A DNA stretch of 64,000 bases from Mobula hypostoma (taxonomy: Eukaryota). This document shows, piece by piece, positions 25,000 through 37,602 of this stretch. Within the stretch, counting starts at the first letter, position 1, and each line of letters starts with the position of its first letter. A program made the position numbers and the translations under genes. The stretch lies in contig NC_086097.1 in the NCBI RefSeq assembly GCF_963921235.1, positions 102,984,001-103,048,000 of the forward strand. The letters are read 5' to 3'. Under the pieces are notes generated by a model. The model saw only the letters and a program-made list of their open reading frames with translations. It was not told the DNA's origin and did no database searches.

Positions 25000-27690
25000 A
25001 TCGCAGCGGGGGAGGTGGGGAGGGAACTGGAGTGAAGGGACTCGGGATAGGATGGATGGTTAAAAAAGCAAAGCATGCAGTCAGGAAGGGTAGGCAGATG
25101 ATGACACAAAATTGCAGCCAGCAGGGTGAGCATCAGTGCACCAGGGATGCAGGATCAAAGAAGGTGGCAAATAAATATAGTACTCGAAGTGTTATACATC
25201 TCTAAGCACTAAGTATAAGAAATAAGGTGGATGATCTTTTTACACTGTCGGGTATGATGTTGTAGCCATCACTGAATCATAGCTGAAGTATGTTTATAGT
25301 TGGGAGCTGATTGTCCAAGGTTATACGTTGTACTGGAGGGATAGGAAGGTAGGCAGAGGGGATGGTGTGGCTGTGGTGGTAAAGAATGGCATCAAATCAG
25401 TAGAAAGGTGTGACTTAGGTTTGGAAGACATTGAATCCGTGTGGGTTGAGTTAAGAAACTGCCAAGGTAAAAAGACCCTGATGGCAGTTATATACAGGCC
25501 TCCCAACAGTAGCTGGGATGTGGACCACAGATTACAACAGGATATAGAAAATGTATGTCAAGAGGTCAATGTTATGATAGTGGATCTCAAGAGAGTAAGT
25601 TTGTTGAATGCCTACAAGTTGGATTTTTAGAGCAGTTTGTTGTTGAGCCAACTGGGGGAATAGCTGTACTGGATTGGGTGTTATGTAATGAACCGGAAGT
25701 GATTAAGGTAAAAGAATCCTTAGGAGGCGGTGATCACAGTATGATTGAGTTCAATGAAATTTGATAGGGAGAAAGTAACGTCTGACGTAACAGTATTTCA
25801 GTGGTGTGAAGGAAATTACAGCGGTATGAGAGAAGAGTTGGTCAAAGTAAATTGGAAGGAGATGCTGGCAGGGATGACAGCGGAGCAGCAATGGCGTGAG
25901 TTTCTCAGAAAAAATGAGGCAGGTGCAGGATAGGTGTATTCCAAACTCGAAAAAAGAATATTCAAATGGCAAAATAATACAACTTGGAAAAGTGAGGGAC
26001 AAAAGAGCAACAAAGAAAAAATTAGCAGGAAGTTAGAGGATTGGGCAGCTTTTAAATACCTACAGAGAGCAACTAGAAGAATCATTAGGAGAGAAAAGAT
26101 GAAACATGAAAACAAGCTAGCAACAGTATCAAAGTGGAGAGTAAAAGCTTTTCAAATACTTTTTTTTAAAAAAAGGGATGAGAGTAAAAATAGGACTGCT
26201 AGAAAATTAGGCTGAAGACAAGGAGGGGACAAGGAGATGGCAGATAAACTAAATGAGCATTTTGCATCAGTCTTCACTGTGGAAGACACTAGCAGTGTGC
26301 CAGATGTTGTAGTGTGTGAAGGAAGAGAAGTGAATGAAGTTACTATTACAAGGGAGAAGGTGCTCAAAAAGCTGGAAGACCTAAAGGTACAGAAGTCACC
26401 CAGACCAGATGAACAACACTCTAGGATTCTGAAAGGGTTAGTGGTAGAGAATGTGGAGGTATTAGTAATGATCCTTTGAAAATCATTGCATTCTGGCATG
26501 GTGTCAGAGGACTGGAGAATTGCAAATGTCACTCCAATGTTTAAGAAAGGAGGAAGGGAGCAGTAAAGAAATTATAGACCAGTTAGCCTGGCCTTGGCGG
26601 TTGGGAAATATTGGAGTCAATTGTTAAGGATGAGGTTATGGAATACTTGGTGACACAGGACAAGGTAGTACAAAGTCAGCATGGATTCCTCAAGGGAAAA
26701 TCTTGTTTGACAAACTTCTTGGAATTATTTGAGGCGGTTGCAAGTAGGATAGATAAAGGGGAAGCAGTGCATGTGGTATATTTGGACTTTCAGAATGCTT
26801 TTGACAAGGTGCCATTCGTAAGTCTACTCAGCATTTAAGAGCCAATGGTTTTACAGGAAGTTACTGGCATGGTTAGAGCATTGGCTGATTGATAGGAGGC
26901 AGTGAGTGGGAATAAAAGGATCCTTTTCTGGTTGGCTGCCAGTGACTAGTGGTGTTCCACAGGGGTTGGTGTTGGGACTATATCTCTTTATGCTGTATAT
27001 CAAAAATTTAGATGATGGAATAGATAGCTTTGTTCCAAGTTTGCAGATGATACAAAGATTGGCAGAGGGGAAGGCAGTGCTGAGGGAACAGGCTGCAGGG
27101 GGACTTCGACAGATTAGGAGAATGGGCAAGAAAATGACTAATGAAATACACTGTTGGAAAATGCATGGTCATGCACTTTGATAGTAAAAATAAATGTGCA
27201 GACTATTTTCTAAATGGGGAGAAAATCCAAAAGTGTGAGCTGCAAAGGGCCCTGGGAGCCCTTGTGCAGAACACCCTAAAGGTTAGCTTGCAAGTAGAGT
27301 TGGTGGTGAGGAAGGCAAATGCAATGTTAGCATTCATTTCAAGAGGTCTCGAATACAAGAGCAGCGATGTGATAATGAGGCTTTAAAAGATACTGGTGAT
27401 GCTTCACCTTGAATATTGTGAGTGGTTTTGGGCTCCTCATCTGAGAAAAGATATGCTGGCATTGGAGAGAGTTCAGAGGAGGTTCACAAGGCTGATTCCA
27501 GGAATGAAACGGTTATCATACAAGGAACATTTGATGTGTCTGGGCTTGTACTCACTGAAATTTAGATATATTTGGGGGGGGGGGCAGAATCTCATTGAAA
27601 CCTTGTGCGAATGTTGAAAGTCCTAGACAGAGTTCATATGGAAAGGATGTGTCCCATGGTGGGGGAGTCTAGGACAAGAGGACACAGCCC
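25000..27690 (+). mobile_element. CR1 LINE ORF2 (APE-RT), decayed
   Basis: YWRDRKVGRGDGVAV...YRPPNS, SQHGFLKGKSCLTNFLE...YLDFQNAFDKVP, TSGVPQGLVLG. Confidence 0.9.
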
Positions 27691-29430
27691 TATGGTGAAG
27701 GAGATAGTGTTGTGGTCACAACCTCCAAAATACTCTCCCACTGAGAGATCTGACACCTGACCAGGTTCCTTTCCCAATACCAGGTCAAGTGCTGCCTCTT
27801 TTCTAGTTGGATTATCTAAATATTGGGTTAAGAAACCTTCCTGAACACACCTAACAAACTCCACCCTATCTAAACCCCTTGCTCGAAGGAGATGCCAGTC
27901 AATATAAGGAAAGTTTAATTCACCCATCACAGGAACCCTATTATTATTGCACCGTTCCTGAATCTGTATGCTCCTTGATATCCCTGTTACTATTGGGGTG
28001 GTCTAGAAAAAACACCCAGTAGAGTTATTGCCCCTTTCCTGTTTTCTGATTTCCACCCACACTGACTCAGTGGACCATCCCTCCATGACTTCCTCCTTTT
28101 CGCAGCCGTAACAGTATCCCCAATTAGTAATGCCACTCTTTTGCCTCCCTCTCTAAAGCCTGGCACACTCAGCAGCCATTCCTACTCCGAGACATCCGCG
28201 TCTCTGTAATGGCCACAACATCACAGTTCCACGTATTGATCCATGCTCTAAGGTCATCTGCCTTGTTTATGATACTCCTTGCATTAAAATAGACAAATTT
28301 TAAACCATCGGGCTGAGTGCATCTTTGCTCCAACATCTGCGTATCCTTCCTCTCAAACTCCCTACAAGCTGTCCCTACTTGTGCTCCAACCTCACCATCA
28401 TCTGCCTCTTCACTTCAGTTCACACCCCCTGCAGATCTGGTTTAAACCCTCCCTATTAGCATTAGCAAACCTCTCTGACAGGATATTGGTCCCCTTTGGA
28501 TTCAAGTGCAACCCGTCCTTCTTGTACAGGTCACACCTGCCCCAGGAGAGGTCCCAATGATCCAAAAATCTGAATCCTTGCCCCCACTCCTATCTTTTAG
28601 CCACACATTTATCCTCCACCCTATTCTGTTCCTGTACTCACTGTTGTGTGGCACAGGCAGCAATCCTGAAATTACAACCTTTGAGGTCCTCCTCAGCTTC
28701 CTTCCTAACTCTCTGTATTCTGCTTTCAGGACCTCCACCCTTTCTCTACCTATGTTGTCGGTACCAGTATGTACCATTTCACTCTCCCACTTCAGGATAT
28801 TGTGGATGCGCTCAGAAACATCATGAACCTTGGCACCTGGGAAGCAAACTACCATCCTTGTTTCTTTCTCATGCCCACAAAATTGTCTATCTGTCCCCCT
28901 GACTATAGAGTTCGTAATTACCATTGCCATCCTCTTCCTTTCCCTACCCTTCTGAGCCACAGGGCCAGACTCAATGCCAGAGGCATGGCCACTGCTGCTT
29001 CCCCCAAGTAGGTAGTCCCCCTGCCAACAGCACTTAAAATGGAGCCTGACGTCCTCCCTTCCCTCTCCTGGCGATCACCCACTTATCTGTCTCCTGTGGC
29101 CCTGGGGTGACTACCTGCCTGTGGTTCCTGTCTTGTCACCTCCTCACTCTCCCTACAAAGCTGAAGGTCATCAAGCTCCAGTTCCCTAACTTGGTCTCTA
29201 AGGAGATGCAGCTCATTGCAGCTGGTTCAGAGTTGCCCATTAGGAATGCCGGAAATCTCCTGGACATCCCACATCTGACACCCAGAACAGAAAACTGGCC
29301 TCGCAGTCACACCTGCTGTTCTTCTGCGGGGGGGGGGGGGTGCGGGGAAGAAAACTAACCTACCTCGCCTAGGCCTGTCCTCGCTAAAGCCCTACTATTC
29401 TGACTTGCACTACTCCGACCACCGCTCTAT
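27691..29430 (-). mobile_element. CR1 LINE 5' half (ORF1 and APE)
   Basis: ORF 28502-28960 is esterase-like (NSIVRGTD...CFPGAKVHDV). ORF 27634-27930 has GELNFPYIDW...LDLVLGKEPGQV. Confidence 0.85.
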
Positions 29431-30448
29431 ACTTGTATAGATATTACTGAAAAGGGCATCACGGTCAGCAAGGAATTAAAAAGGCAGCAAAGCTAATTGC
29501 TAAAAAAGGTAACATTAAGTGTAAGAGCAGAGTCCTGCTCTCGTTATTTGGGCTGAAAGTGACACCACATCTTTTAAAAAAAACCTTTTCAGTTTGATTT
29601 CCCTGTTACTCATGTGATAGTGAATTGAAGGTTTATCAGATTGATTCTTAAGATGACAGATTTGTCATACTAAGAAGGTTTAAGCAGAGTCCTCAAGATG
29701 AGAGGTGACCTTTTCAAAGCATACAAAAATTATAGAGTGTTTGACAGAATAGATGCAAAGTTATTGCTTCCTCTGGCTCAGTTACCTTAACCTAAGGGTC
29801 CCGAGCTCAAAGTAAAGGGTCAATATTTGAGTCTGAGTTGAGCAGAAATTTCTCATACCAGAGAAGAGGAAATGTTTGGATTTCTCTGTCCAAAGTGTAT
29901 TTTCAAGGAGTAATACATTTTTAAAGTATTAAGAGAATCTGGAGATTTGGGCTGAAGAGTGTTTTTGGTCTTAGAATATGCTGTTTGTCCGATGTAAAAC
30001 CACACAGTGAGAAGTGTTACAATCTTTATTTTTAGTTTTAAAAGTTAAGAAATGGGTTAATTTCTTCCCATACCATTTTTAAAATTTGGTATTGTTGTCG
30101 TGCTTCTATACAAGAGGGAAGGCATTTTGGTATATTTATTACTGACTTGGACATAAGTGTATTTTGATGCAATGATTTTAATGTTCTGTTGTCAGAAATA
30201 AAAACAAGCAGCTAGAAGTGATTGTTTCATAATGATAAAAAACATGTAAATGCCAAGTTCATTTAAATTTATTGTTCTTGATGGAAATTAAAATGTTTAT
30301 AAGGTTTAGACAGATATGAACTATTGGTTAATCCTAATATTGCAGAGTATATGGTAGTTCATTCAATACCCTTCCATGCAAAAGTACTAAAGGCATCTGA
30401 AGTTAAACTGATGAAGTTAAACCCAGTATCCCATATATTAACTAGAGT

Positions 30449-30582
30449 CAAACAACAGGAACTCTGCAGATGCTGGAAATTCAAGCAACATACATCAAAG
30501 TTGCTGGTGAACGCAGCAGGCCAAGCAGCATCTATAGGAAGAGGTGCAGTCGACGTTTCAGGCCGAGACCCTTCGTCAGGAC
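30449..30582 (-). mobile_element. Penelope-derived hammerhead mini-element (intact core, 30547-30584)
   Basis: TSD TATTAACTAGAGT at 30436-30448 and 30583-30595. The element runs from stem I to the complete 3' end. Confidence 0.9.
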
Positions 30583-30766
30583 TATTAACTAGAGTGATTT
30601 TTTTAAACTGAAAGTAAGGATTATGCTGGATACCAAAAATGTAAATTTTGGATACTGACAGCTAGACTGCAGAGTTTTTAGGAGAATGGCATTGAGAGTA
30701 TTGTTCTCACAGTTGGTATTATCTCAGTTGGCTGAATAGCCACCTGTATCATTTAAAAAAAATGTT

Positions 30767-30852
30767 GGTCTCGGCCTGAAACGTCGACTGTACCTCTTCC
30801 TAGAGATGCTGCCTGGCCTGCTGCGTTCACCAGCAACTTTGATGTGTGTTGC
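30767..30852 (+). mobile_element. Penelope-derived mini-fragment truncated within the ribozyme
   Basis: ggtctcggcctgaaacgtcgactg...gtgtgttgc. Candidate TSD AATGTT at 30761-30766 and 30861-30866. Confidence 0.75.
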
Positions 30853-33054
30853 TATTCAGCAATGTTACTGACTTTGGTAGTTCACCCACCCGGAGAAAAG
30901 CCTGTCCCTTATTACCTGCTTCATCGCTGACTGACTGGCTGATAAATAAATTAGGGTAATTAAGAAGGTATATGAGATTCATTGCATGGAACGCAAAAGT
31001 AAGGAAGTTCTACCTGAAAGTTATATAATATCGTACTGGTCATAATCCTGATCACTGCTTTACAGGAAGCATATAACAGTAATAGAAAGAGGATAGAGCA
31101 GATCTGCCAGGTTTAGAAATCAGAAGCTCAGAGAAGGTGAACACAAAATCTATTTTCCTTTATGGAGACTACTATTTGATTGGGCGGAGGTGGAAGGTGC
31201 ATTGAGTTAAGGTAATTGGGAAAATGATTGAAATAATGAGATTTTGACCTTAAAGGAAAAAAGATTAGTGAAGGCAGAAAGTTACAAAATACTCTACCAG
31301 TTGTTCTACAAAGAATGTACTTGCCTATTGAGTTATGGTTTGAGGGCTAGGATTGGGATGACATTGTAGCTGTATTTTAGCAGTCAGGCATGATATGCCT
31401 GGTAAAATATTTGAGTTTTGAATGACATGATCTGTTATTCTCAAACAACTTGAGGTTTTCCAGCTTTCATTTTCATGTCCTCCCCTTCCCCCCCCCAATA
31501 ATCTCAAAGTATTTTCAGTAGGAAGTTCTAATATGCCAATAGATTGAGATTTGCTGATGATAATGCATCTTTCTCACTCATTTCTATATCTTGAACAGCT
31601 TGGCTAAGGATGTGTATTATGGAGTGCCAGTTTTTGGTACGACAGTTGAGTTTTTGTCATTGTCTTTACTCTGTCTAGCACTTTCAGTTGTTTCTTGATA
31701 TATCACATGGAAGAACTCTCATTAGTTGAAGACTGGCTTTTGTGATGGAGGTAAGGAGAACCAGGTTGATCAACCATCTGGCATTTCAGACTGCTATTGC
31801 TGAGGATGAAAATAGTCTTGGCATTTCCTTATTAGCTGTCTAGGATGCACAGACCGTACACTTGTTTGTTGACTGTAGGTTCATTTAGCTCATTTTATTG
31901 CTGAATACTGTTTTTAGAAAATGTTGTGGTTTCTTCCAGATTGGTACTTTGTTTTTAAGTATGCCTGATATTGCTGATTGGCTCAGTTAGAACCCTGACT
32001 TACAAATAATGGTGGTGAATGCCCAGTCTTGAGGTAATGGGTTGCAGTAGTGGTTGCTGATGGTCCATAGTACCTCATAGTCGCTCCAATAGTAACTTAA
32101 TTTATTTAACTAACACTGTACCAGCTTCAGGGAGCATGAAGACTTAAAGGATAGAAGCAAGAATTGAATGTTTGAACTCTCATGCTTGCTATGTCATTTA
32201 GTAAAATCATAGCTGATCTATTACTGCAGTACCATTTTCCTGCACTAAACCTATATCTTCCTGTCTGCATGTAAAGTTTGTGTTACTGCAGGAGGCCTGA
32301 ATACAGATTTGGGCAGGTTGGATGAATTGCTGTTCAACACTGCTGGGACTAAGGTTCTTGAAGGGATGTTATTGGTGCTAGAGATGAAGGTTTTAATGAA
32401 CAAACAAAATGCTGGAGGAACTCAGCAGGACAGGCAGCATCTATGGAAAAGAGTACAGTTACGTTTTGTGGTAAGACCCTTTGACAGGACTGGAAAGAAA
32501 AAAAAGCTGAGGAGTAGATTTAAAATGGGGAGAGGGGAGAGAAACACAAGGTGTTACATGAAACCTGAAGGGGGAGGGAAGTTGATTGGTGAAGGAGATA
32601 CAGGGCTGGAGAAGGGGAGAGTCTGATAGAAGAGGACAAAGGCTATAGAAGAAAGAAAAGGGGGCAGGAGCACCAGAGGGAGATGATGGGCAGGCAAGAA
32701 GATGAGGTGAGAGAGGGAAAGGGTGGCGGGGAATGTTGAGCGGGGGGGGGGGGGGCCATTACCAGAATTTCGAGAAATCGATGTTCATGCCATCAGGTTG
32801 GAGGCTACCCAGATGAAATATAAAGTGTTGTTCCTCCAACCTAAGCGTGGCCTCATCACGACGGTGGATGGATAGACATATCGGAATGGGAAGTGGAATT
32901 AAAATAGGTGGCCACTGGAAGATCCCGTTTTTTCTGGCAGTAGGTGCTCAGCGAAGTGGTCTCCTTTTTTATGTCGGGTCTCACCGATATACAGGAGGCC
33001 CAACCGGGAGCACTGGACACAGTATGTGATTCCAATAGACTCACAAGTTGAAGT

Positions 33055-33205
33055 AACACACATCAAAGTTGCTGGTGAATGCAGCAGGCCAGGCAGCATC
33101 TCTAGGAAGAGGTACAGACGTTTCAGGCTGAGACCCTTCATCAGGACGGCCAGCAACTTTGATGTGTGTTGCTTGAATTTCCAGCATCTGCAGAATTCCT
33201 GTTGT
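33055..33205. mobile_element. Inverted Penelope mini-insertion inside the older Penelope
   Basis: - arm with hammerhead-like sequence (33055-~33148) fused to a + arm with the complete 3' end. TSD TCACAAGTTGAAGT at 33041-33054 and 33206-33219. Confidence 0.87.
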
Positions 33206-33718
33206 TCACAAGTTGAAGTGTCGCCTCACCTAGAAGGACTGTTTGGGTTCCTGGCTGGTAGTGAGGGAGGAGGTGTAGGTGTAGGGACAGATGTAGCATT
33301 TGTTCCACAGGACAAGTACCAGGAGGGATGAATAGATAAGGGAATCCCGACGGGAGCAATCTCTGTGGAAAGCAGAAAGTTGGGGGAGGGGGAGTAGGAA
33401 AGATGTGCTTGAAGGTGGGATCCTGTTGGAGATGGCAGATGTTCCGGAGAATTATGTGCTGGATACGGAGGCTGGTGGGGTGCTAGGTGAGGACAAGAGG
33501 AACCTTATCCCTGGTAGAGTGGTGGAAGGATGGGGTGAGAGCAGACATGTGTAAAATGGAAGAGATGTGGTTGAGGACAGCGTTGATGGTGGAGGAAGGG
33601 AAGCCTCTTTCTTTGAAGAAGGAGGACATCTCCTTCGTTCTAGAAGGAAAAGCCTCATCCTGAGAGCAGATGTGGCAGAGATGGAGGAATTGAGAGAAAG
33701 GGATGGTGCTTTTACAAG

Positions 33719-34378
33719 TGAAACTCCACTAATTTCCTTGGCTGCGTAAGTTTAGGGAAGACACACACTCCAGTCCTGCCAAACCCGTGAAATTAAGATG
33801 GCTCTCCCACCCCAAAGCCTGGTTAGTGTGGATGCTGTGTGATTTGCTACCCTGCTACAACTCATTGCCAAGAGATAACAGACAGCACACCGCATACAAC
33901 TAAAGGAATTTTGTTTATGAAACTTAATTAAAAGTTTAGTAAAGAAAAGAAAGAAAAAACAAGAAGGACCCATTATAATTAAACAGTCAAATGTGCACAA
34001 GTTGGAGCTGATATTGAACTTCTGTATCACCCAACGCGCTGGGCCCTCAGTCTGTGTGGAAGCAAACAACACCCCGAACATTGCTTGCAATCCATCTCGA
34101 ACAAATGGGTCTCCCACCGGGTCGTATTCCACCATCGGCTCTCCCCAGCATCTTTTCTCTTCATCTCCCGCCGAACCAAAGCTCCTAGATCAACCTTAGT
34201 GTCTCCCATCAAAAAATCCTCTTCCCAGTTCCACCTTCCTAATTGAATGGTACACATTCCTCATCATCCCTTATCTTCAATAACCCATACAGGCTGAAAA
34301 CAGAACAGACTGCTCTTACAGTACTGTTAAATGAAATACCTACAGCATAACAGTAAAGATGTGAACCAGTGCATTACA
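33719..34378. mobile_element. Solo LTR (660 bp)
   Basis: TG...CA termini and a near-TSD CAAG/AAAG. It cleanly interrupts Penelope sequence and shares blocks with 62674-63399. Confidence 0.7.
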
Positions 34379-37052
34379 AAAGTAATAGGGTGGGAGGAGG
34401 TATAGTCCAGGTAGCTGTGAGAGTCCGTGGGTTTGTAATAGACATCAATAGATGAGCTGTCTCCAGAGATAGAGACGGGAGGGAGGTGTCGGAAATAGAG
34501 CAGGTAAATTTGAGGGCAGGGTAGAAGTTGGAGGTAAAGTGGATGAAGTCGACGAATTCCACTTGAGTAGCACCAATGCAATCATTGATGTAGTGTAGGA
34601 AATTTGGGGGATAGAAACCAGTGTAGGCTTGGAACATACACTGTTCCACATAGCCAACAAACAGGGAGGGATAGCTGGGACCCACGCAAACATCTTTTGT
34701 TTGAAGGAAGTGGGAGGAGCCAAAGGAGAAATTTAGAGTGAGGACAAGTTCCAGTAGGCGGAGGAGAGTGGTGGCGGAGGAGAACTGGTTGGATCTTGTG
34801 TTCAGAAAAAAACGGAGAGCTTTGAGGCCTTCCTGGTGGGGGATGGAGGTATGGAGAGGCTGGACATTCATAGTAAAAATGAGATGATGAGGGCCAGGGA
34901 ACATGAAATCATTGAAAAGATCCAGAACGTATGAAGTGTCATGGGTGTAGGTAGGAAGGGACTCAACTAGAGGGGATAAAATAGTATGCAGATATGAGTT
35001 CAGTGGGGCAGGAACAAGCTGAGACAATGGGTCTACTTGGACAAGTGGTTTTATGGAACTTGGGTAGGAAGTAGAAACGGGATGTAGGAACTTTGAGGTT
35101 GGTGGTGGTGGATGGGAGGTCCCAGAATCAGTAAGGTTGGTGATGTGTGGGAGGCAATGGCCTGGTGTTCCGTAGTGGGGTCCTATTCAAGGGATAATTA
35201 AGAAGAGGTGTCTAAGAGTTGATGCTGGGGCTCAGCAAGGTAGAGGTCAGTACGCCAGACTGCTACAGCACCATCACCTCCATCTGGTGCTCCTCCCCTG
35301 CTTTTTTTTTCTTCCATGGCCTTTGTCCTATCAGATTCCCCCTTCTCCAGCCCTGTATTTCCTTCACCATTCAACTTCCCAGCTCTTTACTTCATCCCCT
35401 TCCCCTTCAGGTTTCACCTATCACCCTGTGTTTCTGTCCCCTCACCCCACCTTTTTAAATCTGCTCCTCAGCTTTTTCTCCAGTTCTGCCAAAGGGTCTC
35501 GGCCCGAGACATTGACTATACTCTTTTCAATAGATGCTGCCTGGCCTGTTGAGTTCCTCCAGCATTTTGTGTGTGTTGCTTGGATTTCCAGTATCTGCAG
35601 ATTTTCTCTTGTCTGTGAAGGTTTTTTTTTTGAATTTGGCAGGGAGGAAAGTGTCTTTACACAGGAGGAAAAAAGAACAAAAATGTTGGGAGAAATAGCA
35701 TTAGAGCATTTGCATTAGAGCAACAAATAGGGAACTTCTACAGTTAATACAGATCCATTGGTAAAGTGGTTCTAAGACTGGTTTACAGCATCTGTATATA
35801 AATGCTGGAAACAAGTGAGTGAGCTACAGGCATAGTTATTAACCAGGTGGATTATATTGTCACGTCAAAACCCATCTAAAATTTGAGCTGCAACAGACAG
35901 AAAATCTTCAGTGAAGATAGACAAGGAATGTCAGTTGTGGTTAAGGGCATTATTGTAGTTAGAGAAAGGGTGTCACTGTTTAGAAATAAGAATCAATAGA
36001 GGCTACCAAGTAGTGGGAAGGATGTGAAATAAATTTGCAAGGAAATTGTAAAAGCTATAGAGTAAACAACATGGAATCTTTAATTATGCAAAGATTCAGA
36101 GAGTAAAAGGGACAAAGGAAGGGAAAAGTTTCTGAATGGCATTGATCAGTACATTTTTAACTTAATAGGGATAAGTTTAATTTCAAAGTAAATTTACTAT
36201 CAAAGTACATGTCACCATTTATTATCTTGAAATTCATTTTCTTGCAGGTATTTACAGGAAAATAAAGCACTACAATAGAATTTATGAAATTCTGTGTGTG
36301 ACAAAGATGTACAAACAGCCAATGTGCAAAAGTAGACAAATCGTGCAAGTAATGAGAGCATGAATTGCAGAGTCCTTGAAAGTGAGTCTGTAGATTGTGG
36401 AGTCAGTTCAGCATTGAGGTGAGTGAAGTTGTCCATGCTGCTTCAGGAGCCTGGTGAATGTAGGGTAATAGTTGTTCAGGAACATGGTGATGTGGGACTT
36501 AAGGCTCTTGTTCCTCCTGCCCAATAGCTGAACTAAGAAGAACACATGCCCTGCATGATGAGGGTCCTTGATGGATGTTGCTTTGTAGCAGGATTGCTTG
36601 TAAATCTGCTCAATGATTGGGTCGAAAGGCTTTGCATGTGATGGACTGATCTGAATCCGCCACATATCATAGATTTTTCTGCTCTTGGGCATTGTTGTTC
36701 AGTATCAGGTCTGATATAACCAGTGAGGCTATTCACCACTGTGCATCAATAGAAGTTTGTCAAAGCTGTAGATAACATGGCGGAATCTACGCAAACTTCT
36801 AAGAAAGTGGAGGTGTTGTTGTGCTTTCTTTGTGATGCCACTTACTTGCTGGTCCCAGGACAGATCCACTAATATGATAACAAGGAAAATCAGCTCTCTG
36901 ATTTTGCTGATGTTGAGTGAGAGGTGGTTGTTGTGGCTCCATTCAACCAGATTTTCAATCTGACATCTATGCTGTTTCGTCACCACCTTCGCTATGGTCG
37001 GCAAGTTAAGGTATGACATTGGAGTTGTACTTTGCTACCCATCATAGGTATA

Positions 37053-37368
37053 TATGTGGGCACATGGCCAAGTCGTTAAGGCATTGGACTAGTGACCTGA
37101 AGGTCGTGAGTTCGAGCCCCAGCCGAGGGAACATGTGTCCTTGAGCAAGGCACTTAATCACACATTGCTCTGCGACGACACTGGTGCCAAGCTGTATGGG
37201 TCCTAATGGACTTCCCTTGGCCAACATTGGTGTCGTGGAGAGGGGAGACTTGCAGCGTGGGCAACTGCTCATCTTCCATACAACCTTGCCCAGGCCTGCG
37301 CCCTGGAGAGTGAAGACTTTCCAGGCGCAGATCCATGGTCTCGCAAGACTAGCGGATACCTTTACTTT
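37053..37368 (+). mobile_element. tRNA-derived SINE with CORE/Meta-like centre and RTE-like tail
   Basis: Box A TGGCCAAGTCG, box B GAGTTCGAGCCC, central GTGTCCTTGAGCAAGGCACTTAA, tail ATCCATGGTCTCGCAAGAC...TTTACTTT. TSD ATAGGTATA at 37044-37052 and 37369-37377. Confidence 0.85.
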
Positions 37369-37602
37369 ATAGGTATAAAATGAGTAGAGCATGGGGCTAA
37401 GCAACATAGCCTTGTGATGCATCTGTGCTGATAGAGATTGTGGAGAAGATGTTGCCAATCCAAACTGACTGGCATCTGCATGTGAGGAAATTGATGATCC
37501 AGTTGTTCAGGAATGTATTGAGGTCTAGATTTGGAGGTTAGTGATTAGTTTTGAGGGGATGATATTGTTGAATTGCTGCAATCAATGAAGGACATCCTGA
37601 TA

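Larger units (their letters stand above)
32395..35615. mobile_element. Older head-to-head inverted Penelope-like insertion (long - arm with RT and GIY-YIG, short + arm), carrying nested insertions
   Basis: RT ORF 34374-35027 (MNVQPLHTSIP...YINDC) and YIGET at 32899-33156. + arm about 35270-35615. TSD TGAAGGTTTT at 32385-32394 and 35616-35625. Confidence 0.82.

Noticed and set aside
29327..29348. Poly-G tracts (also near 17263 and 32742) as G-quadruplex elements
   Set aside because: Simple homopolymer expansions inside decayed TEs, with no evidence of function.
31599..31750. Possible exon (pyrimidine tract + AG ... GTAAGG) in non-repetitive sequence
   Set aside because: Stops in all three frames. 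It could be a non-coding TTBK2 5' exon, but the sequence alone cannot support that.
37057..37125. tRNA-like sequence
   Set aside because: It is the head of a TSD-flanked SINE, not a standalone tRNA gene.
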